Source: Glaucostegus cemiculus
Taxonomy: Eukaryota
NCBI GenBank assembly: GCA_976551045.1
Contig: CDPCPM010000012.1
Span: forward strand, 41,354,001 to 41,418,000
Direction: 5' to 3'
Length of the DNA stretch: 64,000 nucleotides
This document shows, one piece after another, positions 37,015-48,569 of the stretch; within the stretch, counting starts at the first letter, position 1; each line of letters begins with the position of its first letter. The notes beneath the pieces were generated by a model, which saw only the letters and a list, made by a program, of their open reading frames with translations, did no database searches and was not told the DNA's origin. A program made the translations under genes and the position numbers.

Positions 37015-37312
37015 GGGCAGGCACGGTTGTGTAGCGGTTAGTGTAACGCTATACAGCGTCAGTGACCCAGGTTCAATTCAGGCCACTGTCTGTAAGGAGT
37101 TTATACGTTCTCCCCATGACTGCCTGGGTTTCCTCTGGGTGCTCTGGTTTCCTCCCATTTTCCAAAGATGTACAAGTTATGAAGTTGTGGGCATGCTATG
37201 TTGGCGCCAGCAGCGTGGCAACACTTGCGGGCGGCCCCCAGAACACTCTACACAAAACAAAATGCTTTTCACTATGTGTTTCGATGTACATGTGACTAAT
37301 AAGGATATCTGA
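37015..37312 (+). mobile_element. tRNA-derived V-SINE with Rex1-like tail, full length
   Basis: A-box-like ggttgtgtagcggttag, B-box ggttcaattc, V-domain, and tail tttcactatgtgtttcgatgtacatgtgactaataaggatatct. Possible TSD tctcatcat at 37001-37009 and 37313-37321. Confidence 0.88.
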
Positions 37313-37544
37313 TCTCATCATTACTACATTAGATATAGTATGATAAATTCAGATGCAGTTTTCTTGCAGGGTTCATGAGTTTCCATTGTTAGCACCTGAT
37401 CAACACATAGCAGGAAGGTCTCAGTTCCTATCCTTGGTATGTGCTAAGTTGGCTAGCATGTGAGTAAGTGTCTCTGTAACTGGCATCAGTATCTCTATTT
37501 TAGGATGGAGAAATTGGCCAAGTTTTGTCGTTGCTAAGCTAAAT

Positions 37545-38225
37545 GAGAATCTGCAGACACTGGATACCTGAAATACAAAGCGAAAATACTTGGGCAGCAT
37601 CTGTGGGGAGAGAAAAATGGTTAAAGTTTCAGGTTGATTACCTGTCATCAGAAATGGAAAATTGAAAAAGTTTTAAGTTGAGCCAGTTACCTGCCACTTT
37701 ATTTGGCAACCATACTCGCATTCCAGCCTCCCTTTGGCCTCATTGTTCCAGCAACTCATCTTCCAACAAGGCAACAATTTCAGATAAACAGTCTTTCTTC
37801 TTTGTGTTAGAACCGGCCAATTCTAGCGTAAATTTATCTACCTGTAAAGTTAACTTAATTGTAGTATCTCCTGTATTCCTTATTGTTTCATATTTCCATC
37901 AGCTGCCGTGTTCTGCATCTCACTGTTCCATTATGTTTTTTTTCCCGACACTGTTGTCATTCATCTCCTGATATTTATACTTCTCCAGATGTGCAGTCTT
38001 CACCCTCTCTCAGATGGCATTGTATCACCTGAACAATCTTGGTGCCCTCTCTATCACACACACTCCCTTTGTTCTCTCCATCCCTCTGTCCCTCTGCAAC
38101 ATAAAATCTGTTTGCTTATTCACTTTTCCAATTCTGATGAAAGGACATCAATCTGAAATATAAATCCTGTTTCTCTTCCCATATATGCTACCTGACCTAC
38201 TGAGTATTTTGATCATTTTCTGTTA
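37545..38225. mobile_element. Inverted pair of PLE terminal repeats (minus 37545-37680, plus ~37960-38225), each with a hammerhead-like core
   Basis: gtttcaggttgattacctgtcatcagaa on the left and ttctgatgaaaggacatcaatctgaaata on the right, each followed outward by the PLE terminal sequence. Confidence 0.7.
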
Positions 38226-38284
38226 TTATTATTATCATTGTTAAACTAACTCTACAAATGGATACACATGAAGGAAAATAGAAT

Positions 38285-38480
38285 AAAAAGCTGCAGTCAC
38301 TGGAAATCCAAAATGAACACAAACTGCTGGAAACACTCTGCAGGTTGGACATAACACTTTTTCCAGAGACAAACGTTTCAGTGTCTGGACCTCTTATGAG
38401 TTCCAATGAAGGGTCCCAGCTACGCATTCACTGTTCCTCTTTCTGAAGATGTTGTCTGACTTGCCTAGTGTTTCCAATGT
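38285..38480. mobile_element. Palindromic PLE-derived mini-element
   Basis: tgctggaaacactctgcaggttggac...aacgtttcag / gatgttgtctgacttgcctagtgtttcca form inverted arms. Confidence 0.6.
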
Positions 38481-40699
38481 GTGCACATGGAATTTGGGTT
38501 ACAATGAAGACTGGCAAACCTCAGGTGAATTCAACACACACACACATCTTGAAGGGCTATTGAGGCCTGGACTGTTGGTCATTCCTGTTACCTCGATTAC
38601 CTGTTTATCTTCCATCTCCCATTCTGGAAGATCAAGCAACATTAATACCATAAGAGATCACAATTAATTATTTATTTTACTCGTGTTGGCGATGTAACAT
38701 AAATGTTTAAATTTTAGAAACCACTTACTTTTTTTTCCTTGCATAGCTATGGATAAGAACATAAAAGGAATAAACCAATAAAAATATTGTTTTATACAGA
38801 GGCAGATGATTGAAAGTACACAAGCTCTTGACATTCAATATTCTTGACTGTGCTTTATTTGCTGAACTCTCCTCAGGGAATTAATAAAAACATGACAATT
38901 AGCCTCAGTATCTCCAGTTTAGAGCATGGTCAGGTATTTCACATATTATCACCTTACACAGCCTGTATAGCAGATGTTATGTGAATGCATGACTGAGATG
39001 CCTTCCACACTCCTATAGAAGTAGCCAACCACTGAAGCTCAAACATCTGTAGTGAGTGCACAGAGCAAATACTGGAACGCCACCACAAGACACAAAACCA
39101 TCACACTTTCCTTGTGGGCTGGTGATGCTCAGAATGTCCAGTGCTAATCAGATGATGCAACCCCTTTAAAGGAAGGAACCACAGAATTAATGCCTCACTT
39201 GCTGGCCCCTCAGTTTGGTAGCAGATACATTATTGTTTTGAAATTATTGATACGAATATATGCATATAGAATCTGCTTCTGGGTGTTGCATTTAAATCTC
39301 ATGTATTTATCCAAATTACAGTTTGATTGAATGAACCACTTCTATTGTTAATCTTTCAGTTGCAATAGGCTGAGTCCTAAGGACATGCTCCCAAAGTTGT
39401 ATTATAATTTTTCTGTTTGTGGCTTGGAGCAAACTGGAAATGGATGCTCACGCATTGGACTTGTAAGATGAAGATATAAGTTTGTCTCGTCATGTTGCAC
39501 AGGACTCACTGTTTCATCCTTTATACTAATGCTCCCTTTGAAATACTTTTCAATATGATCAAAAGAAGAGAATACATTGTGCACTGGCAATTGTAGGTTC
39601 CTCATTTGACTGTTTGTATATTAACCAGATGTTCTGCAGCATTTAAATACATGTTTTTCTTTAATGCAATTTTTTTCCCTCTTCTGCATGGTGCCAGTTC
39701 CCATTGTTTTTTTCAGTATCTATTTGGTTCACTAACCCTGTTTCCTTCAGTTGAAGGATTCATAAAAGACTGCAAAGAATCTGGAATCAGTAACAGTTAA
39801 AAACTAAAGTTTTGCAATAGAGAGTTATAACAATAGACATGGCCTTAATTTTATTGGACAACCCTCCTTAAATTACTACTTTTATAAGAGGTTCAATTGC
39901 CTTTAGAGTTGAAGAATGCACAGTATATACTTCAGCGAATTCAGCACGCTCTTTGCGTCTATTTTATTAGGTTGACATATGATCAAGGCAGCGTAAATGC
40001 CAGAGGGAGGAACAAAAAGGCCAGTTTTATTCTGAGGAACATCGGATCAGTTTTGCTCAAGAGAAACCCTCTTAAAAGATGGATGCAGCATTTTCTCTCG
40101 AGACAAAACCCAACCCATTCTAGGCAATTACTTCAAACTGCAAATTAAATGAGAATTCAAGCCACTAGTGACTGATGATATTGTACGTAATTTTGTTTGA
40201 ATTGTACACCAATTAAATTTGTTGAAGTATAAATGCTTAATACAAGTTGGAAAGCTCTTTGTGCACTCAGTTAAATAGTTTAATCTTACATAAAAATGAA
40301 CAAATTAGTTTGAGATATTTATGTCTATCAAATGTTTGCACTTCTGTCATGCTCTTCACATGAAAGATGTCTTCTCAGAGTGTGGGAGACTGAAGCAGAA
40401 GAGAAGGGTCAGGAAGGGGGAAAATAGTGAAGATGAGGAAGGGTCTGCTGAAAGGAAAACAGAAAATGCTGGAAACACTTGGCGGGACATGGCAGCATCT
40501 GTGGAAGGAGAAACAAAGAAAATTGTTTTCAAAATGTATTGACAATCATGCAGGTACACTATAATTTGGCAAGGGAATTTCAGAAGAAAATTCCAAAATG
40601 CAGAGGATTTATCATTAGTGGAACATGGAATGAGGGACACACAAACACAAGCACTGGAAAGGGTGCTGGAATATATGAAAGTCAGACTTTGAAACTGGT

Positions 40700-41245
40700 G
40701 AGGATGTGAAAGATATGAAAGCAATGGACATCTTGAGTTTAAATTGTTGGAGATAGATGAGCATAATCTGGTTGAATTTGTGGGGTCAGTGGATGACATT
40801 GTGGGCCGTAATAACATAATGAATCATAATTTGTGTGGAGAGCAATCAGGGAAGTGACTTGGAGATTTGATCTCAAGTTTTGTGACAAAGCATGGATAAG
40901 AATTTCAGAAGTCATAGAGGCAAAATAACAAGATGACCACCACTCAAGTGTGGGAGAGGAGAGATAAAATAAATAGAACTCCATGGTTTAATGAATAGAA
41001 AATATTTAAATAGGAAGTACAAAACTATGATGGTAAAGGCTGAAGAAAATGAAGAGTATAAAGTGTGATGGGGAAACAAAAAGAGAAAGGATAATGAACA
41101 CAAACAGAACCAGTTGATAATGCTAGAGGAAATAGTAAAGATTCTGTAAGCTTACTTAACATAAAAGGAAACTTTTAGAGGGGATAAACCCATTAGGAAT
41201 AAAGGTGGAATGTCTGTTGTGGAAGATGAAGATATTAGCTTGGAA
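40700..41245 (+). mobile_element. Very old CR1 ORF2 fragment (endonuclease-RT linker)
   Basis: ccatggtttaatgaa (PWFN) and gctagaggaaatagtaaagattc...ccattaggaataaaggtgga..., both CR1-like. Confidence 0.45.
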
Positions 41246-41814
41246 ACTCTCCATCTGTAACAGCTGTACATGCACTATAAAGCAGCATTTTCATGTTCTG
41301 CTTCTGAGATTTGATTGCACTGTGGTCAATACAGCCGAGGTTAACCCCCTGCAGATTAGCTGGTATCACCACTGGTGTGCTTTACCCCATGAGAAAAGGA
41401 TATGTGCCAGTGAGTGCCATACAATGCACTTGAGTGGTGTCCTAGCCAAGGTTAGATAACCAGCAGTAGGTGCAAGTTTTGAGAAAAGAGTGTGAGGTTT
41501 ACATCAGATCATTTGTTCAGAAGGCTGAGATGAAAGTCATGTTTGATTGCTGATTTACAGACTTTGATAGGTGAGTAATGGGCATCCCCAGCATCAAGTC
41601 TCCGATCACGCAACCAGCTCTGATGACCAGGCCACATTATCTGTCTGCCTGACGTCAGATTCTGAAAATAAACACTTTACTCACAGCTTCATCGTGGAAA
41701 GTGATTTCCAGGAGGACAGAGAAAATGCTTCAGGAGCATTCAGAAAGCATCCTCAAAAAAAAAAAAAACCATTGGTTCAAGACTGCTTAAACCAGCAGAA
41801 GATGAGTCATGAAG

Positions 41815-42416
41815 GCAGAAAGCACTTATAGTCTCGCCGATGGAGGTGCTATGGAAATTCAGCATTTCCCTGATAACCCTCATCAATTTTTACAGCTGCA
41901 TCATAGAAAGCATTCTATCCAGATGCATCATAGCTTGGTATGACAACTGCTGAACCCAAGACTGCAAGAAATCGCAGAGAATTGTGGACCCAATCCAATC
42001 TATCACAAAAACCAGCCTCTTCTGCATTGACTCTGTCTATACTTTCTTCTGCCTTGGGAACATAACCAACATAATGAAAAACCCCTCTCTGGTCGTTCTC
42101 TCTTCTCCCCCTCTTCCATCAAACAGAAGATACAAAAACTTGAGAAACGTATTACTAGAATGAAGGACAGCTTCTATCCTGTTGTTATAAGACTTTCAAA
42201 TGGATTTCTTATCCAATGAACTCTTGATCCCCCAGTTTACCTCATCATGGCCCTTGCAACTTATTTGTTTACCTGCATCTGCAGTTTCTCTGTAACTGTA
42301 ACCTATATTCTGCGTTGGTTTTTCTTTTCCTTTTTTTACTACCTCAGTGTACTTATGAATGAAATGATCTGTCTGGATGGCATGCAAAATAAAGCTTTTC
42401 ACTGTATCTCAGTACA
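41815..42416 (+). mobile_element. Rex1/Babar LINE 3' portion; its terminal bases resume at ~43533-43562
   Basis: NFYSCIIESILSRCIIAWYDNC...LPSNRRYKNL. 3' UTR stops at cagtaca (42416), and the missing end tgacaattacaaaccaattgccaact appears after the inserted copy. Confidence 0.85.
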
Positions 42417-43534
42417 TTGGTTTATTATTGTCCTTTGTACCAAGGTACAATGAAAAACTTGTCTTGCATATCCTTCATACAGATCAATTCATTACATAGT
42501 GCATTGAGGTAGTATGGGGTACAAAACAGTAACAGAATGCAGAGTAAAGTGTCACAGCTACAGAGGAAGTACAGTGCAGGTAGACAATAAGGTGCAAGGT
42601 CATAACAAGGTAGATTGTGAGGTCAAGATTCCATCTTATTGTATAAGGGAACCATTCAATCGTCTTATCACAGTGGGGTAGAAGATGTCCTTAAGCCTGG
42701 TGGTATGTTCCCTCAGTTTCCTGCATCTTCTGCCCGATGGGAGAGGTGCGAAGAGAGAATGACCTGGGTGGGTGGGGTCTTTGATTATGCTGGCTGTTTC
42801 ACCAAGGCCACAAGAGGTATAGACAGAGTCCATAGAGAGGAGGCTGGCTTCCATGATGTGCTGGGCTGTGTCCACGACTCTCTGCATTTTCTTACAGTCC
42901 TGGACAGAGCAGTTGCCATACCAAGCTGTGATGCATCCAGATAGGATGCTTTCTATGGTGCAGTAATAAAAGTTGTGAGTGTCAAAGGGGACATGCCAAA
43001 TTTCTTTAGCCTCCTGAGGAAGTAGAGATGCTGGTGAGCTTTCTTGGCCGTGGTTGGATCTGGACATGTTATTGGTGATATTCACTCTAGGAACTTGAAG
43101 CTCTCAACCCTCTCGACCTCAGCACCATTGATATAGATAGGTGCATGTGCTCTGCCCCCTTTTCTGAAGTCAATGACCAGCTCTTTTGTTTTGCTGACAT
43201 TGAGGGAAAGGTTGTTGTTATGACACCATGTCATTAAGCTATTTCCTTCTTGTACTCTGACTCATTGTTATTTGAGATACAGCCCACTATGGTGGTATCT
43301 TCTGCAAACTTGTAGATGGAGTTAGAACAGAATCTGGCCACGCAGTGCTGACTATATAGGAAGTAAAGCAGAGGGCTGAGGACGCAGTCTTGTGGGGCAT
43401 GAGAAGCATTGATGAGCATAATTGTGCTGCAGGTATTGCTGCCTATCCTCGCTGATTGCAGTCTATTGGTTGGAAAGTCAACGATCCAGTTACAGAGGGA
43501 GGTGTTGAGTCCTAGGTCTCAGAGTATGGTGATG
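42417..43534 (-). mobile_element. Rex1/Babar LINE RT C-terminus plus 3' UTR, inserted antisense into the tail of the previous copy
   Basis: ORF 43234..43419 ([11 protein letters not shown]...[10 protein letters not shown]) and ORF 42636..43085 (FYYCTIESILSGCITAWYGNC...IKDPTHPGHSLF..LPSGRR). Confidence 0.92.
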
Positions 43535-44254
43535 ACAATTACAAACCAATTGCCAACTATTTACCCACCAACCACTCCCACCATCCCCCACCGTGCAGCT
43601 CCACTAATGACAGAGTGTATGGATCCTGTTTATTTGTCACCTCAGAACCCATAGATCTGGAGTGGAAGCAAGTCATCTTCACCACTGAGGGACTGTCTAA
43701 GGAGGAGGAAAGTGGTGCTCAAAGCAGTGTGTGAGGTTGGAGGTGGTGCCCAGAGCCTTGTCCAGGTCTCGAGGTGTGGTAGGTGGAATACGGCATTTTA
43801 AAAACCATTCACTGAGCCCAACCCCACATGGGTGGTTGTTGATCTTCTTGTAACATTGTGTTCAGGTTTTTGAGGCTTGACCTCTGCCATCTACTGCCAC
43901 AGCAGTTTGTCCCCATGACCTGTGGAATATTGTTGTGAGATCCTTCTGGACCTTGCAGAAGATTACCACTACCTCCTTCACAGGTTACAGAAGATCTTGC
44001 AGCCAGCTCTCTGCCCAGTTGTTCCATCCTCTCGTGTCTGCCAGCTCAAAAAAAAGTTCCCTTAAGAAATGTAGGCTGGTTCAGTTACTGGTGTCAGTCT
44101 CTCATGATATTGTCCTCCTGCCAAGGTATGCAGTCACTCAATACAGCATTTGTCATTGGAAGTGCATATCATTTACCAAGCAGCACCAAGGTGGCAAATG
44201 TAGCCTGTATCAGGTTCAACAGGCAAGGGTTAATCAATGCACCATAATCATCCC

Positions 44255-44760
44255 TGTGTGTCATTTTTGGTCACCCCATTACAGGATGGATGTGGAAGCT
44301 TGAAGATGGTGCAGAAGTGGTTTACCAGGATGCTGACTGTATTAGAGGGTACTAGCTATAAGGAGAGGTTGGGCAAACCTAAACTGGAGGGTCAGAAACT
44401 GAGGGGAGACCCGATCGAAGTTTATAAAATTATGAGAGGGACAGATAGGGTAGATAGCCAGAATCTTTTTCCCAGGGTAGAAATGTCAAACACTAGAGGA
44501 CATGCATGTAAGGTGAGAGAGGGAAGAGGAGCAAGTTCTTTTACACAGAGTGCTGGGTGCCTGGAATGGGCTGCCAGAGGGAGTGATGGATACAAATACA
44601 ATAATTTCATTTAAGAAGCTTTTCAATAGACATAAATATCCAGGAAAGAGAGGGATATTGTCATATGCAGGCAGAAGAGATTTAGTTTAATTTGGCATCA
44701 TTGTTGGCAGCGACATAATGGGCCAAAGGGCCTGTCCCTGTTTTATTGTTTTATGTTCCA
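44255..44760 (+). mobile_element. CR1 LINE 3' end
   Basis: FWSPHYRMDVEA / VQKWFTRML...LRGDPIEVYKIMRGTDRVDSQNLFPRVEMSNTRGH, followed by the gggccaaagggcct hairpin. Confidence 0.9.
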
Positions 44761-45494
44761 AACCATGCGCACACTTCTGGGGATTGGTCCTCAATAACTG
44801 AACCTTTTGGTATCTTTGGATTCTTTTTATTTGAGTGAAATGAGATGCTGGGCTACTTTTATTTTCTATGGGATTATTTTCAAAGGATTAACATAAACGT
44901 GTTCAATACACTAATCTTCAAATTAGTTACTTACATCACCTGCAGTTCAAGACCAGTCCAGCGTTTCACCCCATGGACATGTACATGTTTTATTTTTAAT
45001 CACCTTGGATTAGTGCCCTTTCAGATAGTTGAACTGCTACATGTTGAGCAGAAAGGTTTTTCTTTTAGTTGCGAAGAAATTTTAAATCCATGGGCCTTGG
45101 GCAGTCAAGGGAAGAGGCATCAGGGAGATGTGTTTCCTCATTCAAAAGAAATGGTGTTTCTGAGAGTTTTTCCAGCCCAAGAGTCAGGCTGGTGGAATTA
45201 GATGTATAACGCATCACTGGAATAATTCTGTGGAAATTATCCTTGCAATAATTTATGTAACAGCATGTAAACATTTGCAGTCATACGAGGCAAAAAATGG
45301 AGCTCTACACGGGATTGAAAAAGTTCATTCAACAGTCCAATTCTGCATGGTGAGCACAGTTATTTGAATAGTAGGGAATCTGAATTATGCATTTCCATAT
45401 AAATGGAATCCATCCCAGTTCAGAGTCATCTACCATGAGACTTCAGAAGCTGATATTTATTTTCAGGTACCTGAGAAGCTGATGTTTATTTTGC

Positions 45495-47348
45495 ATAGCA
45501 CATAGAATAGTACAGCACAATACAGGCCTTTCGGCCCTCAGTGTTGTGCCGACCTTTAAACCTCACCTAAGACTATATAACCCCTTCCTCCCACATACCC
45601 CTCTATTTTAAATTCCTCCATACGCTTATCTAGTAATCTCTTGAAATTGACCAAAGTACCTGCCTCCACCACCACACCAGGCAGTGTATTCCATGCCCCA
45701 ACCACTGTCTGGGTAAAAACAAACCTTCCCCTGCTATCCCCCTTGTACTTCCCCCACCCCCCACCCCATTACTTTAAAGCCATGCCCTCTTGTATTGAGC
45801 ATTGGTGCTCCAGGAAACAGGCGCTTGCTGTCCACTCTATCTATTCCTCTTAATACTTTGTACACCTCTATCATGTCTCCTCTCATCATCCTCCTCTCCA
45901 AAGAGTAAAGCCCTAGCTCCCTTAGTCTCTCCTCATAATGCATTCTCTCCAAACCAGACAGCGTCCTGGTAAATCTCTTCTGCACCCCTTCCAATGCTTC
46001 CACATCCTTCCTATAATGGGGCGACCAGAACTGGATACAGTACTCCAAGTGTGGTCTAACCAGAGTTTTACAGAGCTGCATCATTACCTCGTGGCTCTTA
46101 AACTCAATCCCTCGATTTATGAAAGCTGACATCCCATAAACTTTCTTAACTACCCTATCCACCTGTGAGGCAACTTTCTGTGATCTGTGGATATGAACCC
46201 CCAGATCCCTCTGCTCCTCCACACTACCCAGAACCCTGCCATTAACTTTGTACTCTACTTTGGAGTTTGTCCTTCCAAAGTGTACCACCTCACACTTCTC
46301 CAGACTGAACTCCATCTGCCACTTCTCAGCCCAGCTCTGCATCCTATCAATGTCCCTCTGCAATCTTCAACAATCCTCTCCACTATCCACAACACCACCA
46401 ACCTTTGTATTGTCTGCAAACTTGCCAACCCACCCTTCTACCCCCTCATCCAAGTCATTAATAAAAATCACGAAAAGCAGAGGTCCCAGAACCGATCCTT
46501 GTGGGACACGATCTGAATGCACTCCTTCCACCACAACCCTCTGCTTGTTACAGGCCAGCCAATTCTGAGTCCACATGGCCAAGCTGCCCTGGATCCCATG
46601 CCCTCTGACCTTCTGAAAAAGCATACCTTGTCAAATGCCTTACTAAAATCCATGTAGACCACATCCACAAAACTACCCTCATCAATCTGTCTTGTCACCT
46701 TTTCAAAGTACACGATCAGGCTTGTGAGACATGATCTGCCCTTCACAAAGCCATGCTGGCTGTCCCTGATTAGACCATGATTCTCCAAATGCCCACAGAT
46801 CCTATCTCTAAGAATCCTTTCCAACAGCTTGCCCACCACAGACATAAGGCTCACTGATCTACAATTCCCTGGACTATCCGTACTACCCTTTTTGAATAAG
46901 GGGACAGTATTTGACACCCTCCAATCCTCCGATACCATTCCCATGGACAATGAGGACTCAAAGGTCCTAGCCAAGGTCTCAGCAGTCTCTTCCCTTGCCT
47001 CGCCGTGCAGCCTGGGGAATATTCTTTCAGGCCCCGGGGACTTATCTGTCCTAATATTTTCTAACAGCTCCAATACATTCTTTCTCTTGATATCTATCAA
47101 CATGCTCTACAACATTACCCTTACTAACACTGTCCTTAGTGTCGTCAAGGCTCCTCTCCTTGGTGAATACTGAAGAGAAGTATTCATTGAGGACATCACC
47201 CACTTCCATAGCTTCCAGGCACAACTTCCCACCTTTATCCCTAATCAGTCCTACCTTTACTCCTGTCATCCTCCTGCTCTTCACATAAGTGAACAATACC
47301 TTGGGGTTCTCCTTAACTCTACTCTCCAAGGCCTTTTCATGTCCCCAT
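45495..47348 (-). mobile_element. 5'-truncated CR1 LINE (RT domain), frameshifted
   Basis: ORFs 46468..47103, 46367..46624 ([11 protein letters not shown]...FADNTK) and 45734..46363. Tail catagcacatagaatag at 45495. Confidence 0.95.
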
Positions 47349-47353
47349 TTTCA

Positions 47354-47839
47354 TGTTACAAGAGGGAAATGCCAACCGTTTCATTTGGATAAATTCAGGC
47401 AAAGAATGTTAAATCTGAGTTAATTTAATTTTGCAATTATTATTGTTATCTAAAAACTCTAAATCTCTTTAATCATACTGTAGAACTGTAAGGCATTGCA
47501 GACTGATTCAAGTAATACCACAATAGTTTTAATTATAAACCAAGTATCTGCATGAATATGCTTTCTCCCTTTGGACTTCCAGTAATTTAATGGGAAGATC
47601 AACTGCAAATCCACCAATAACAGACTTCATTTACTTTACAGTTTGACTTTACCCATCAGTATAATTTTGTTCTCCTGTTCAGTTTCTCTATATATTCTGT
47701 TCTTGATCATAAATCCCTGTGTCTTCTATGAAATTAACTTAACTCCACTCTGTAATTTTCTGTTGCTACAAGAGGGAAATTCCAGCCATTTCATTTGGAT
47801 AAATCTAGGCAAAGAAGGTTAAGTCTGAGGTAATTTAAT
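47354..47839 (+). repeat. 76-bp ungapped direct repeat (47354-47429 and 47764-47839), 410-bp period
   Basis: tgttacaagagggaaatgccaaccgtttcatttggataaattcaggc... versus tgctacaagagggaaattccagccatttcatttggataaatctaggc...; 9 mismatches in 76 by manual alignment. Confidence 0.85.
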
Positions 47840-47844
47840 CATTT

Positions 47845-48075
47845 CAAACATGATCCCTGTGGTATCCAGCCAGAACACAGTCTGTGGATAAAGGGTAAGG
47901 CACTCAGGACTAAAAGGAGAAATATTTTCATTCTGAGGGCAGTGAACCTTAAGAATTCTCTACCACAGAGGCTGTGAAGGTGAAATTACTCAATATGCTT
48001 AAGGGGATAAGTAGACTTCTCGACATGAAAGGCATCAAAGGACATGGGACTGGACAAGAATATGGTATTGAGGTA
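47845..48075 (+). mobile_element. Old CR1 3' fragment
   Basis: aagggtaaggcactcaggact...agggcagtgaaccttaagaattctctaccacagaggctgtg. Confidence 0.65.
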
Positions 48076-48569
48076 GAAGACATTTGCCTATTCCTATTTT
48101 TTCCAAATTTCTGTGTTTAGTTTTCAAATTCTGGGGTAAAATGGGACTAAACCATACCAATTTGCAGATTGATCCTAATATCTGGTGGTTTTGCGTCCAC
48201 CATTCTAGGTGTCCCATCGGTGTGTGAATGATTTCATGGTGTCCCTGATTCAGGATTCTTCTGCAAAATGTGTGAAAAAGACCTTCACTTTGCTTATAGC
48301 AGTTGGTTCATTCTATTATGCAGGGTCTCAAGTAACAAGCTTTTAACACACAGCCAGAATCTGCTGCCGAAATTAGAGAAACAGATTTAATAAAAATCTC
48401 CTGTGGCTCTACTGCTGCTGTTTGCTTTCAGTTCTGATGCAATTTATTCTGACCCATTGCAATGAACCCATCCAGACCTTGGGTAAAATCTGTTGCTGAC
48501 AAGGCTGTGGACCTTACTTTGATCTCCATGATCAAACAGGGTTAATCCTGGGGATACAATGGATGGTGA

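Noticed and set aside
37015-37090. tRNA-like sequence with A and B boxes (also at 22662, 49180-49247 and 60310)
   Set aside because: These are SINE heads continuing into a V-domain and LINE-like tail, not stand-alone tRNA genes.
43565-44250. Relatively GC-rich block with ORF 43935..44303, possibly a Tx1 or other element
   Set aside because: No diagnostic motif could be supported. Only the ORF's last residues derive from the adjacent CR1.
45445-45492. 19-bp direct repeat agaagctgat(a/g)tttatttt
   Set aside because: Only two copies, consistent with a simple local duplication next to a CR1 tail.
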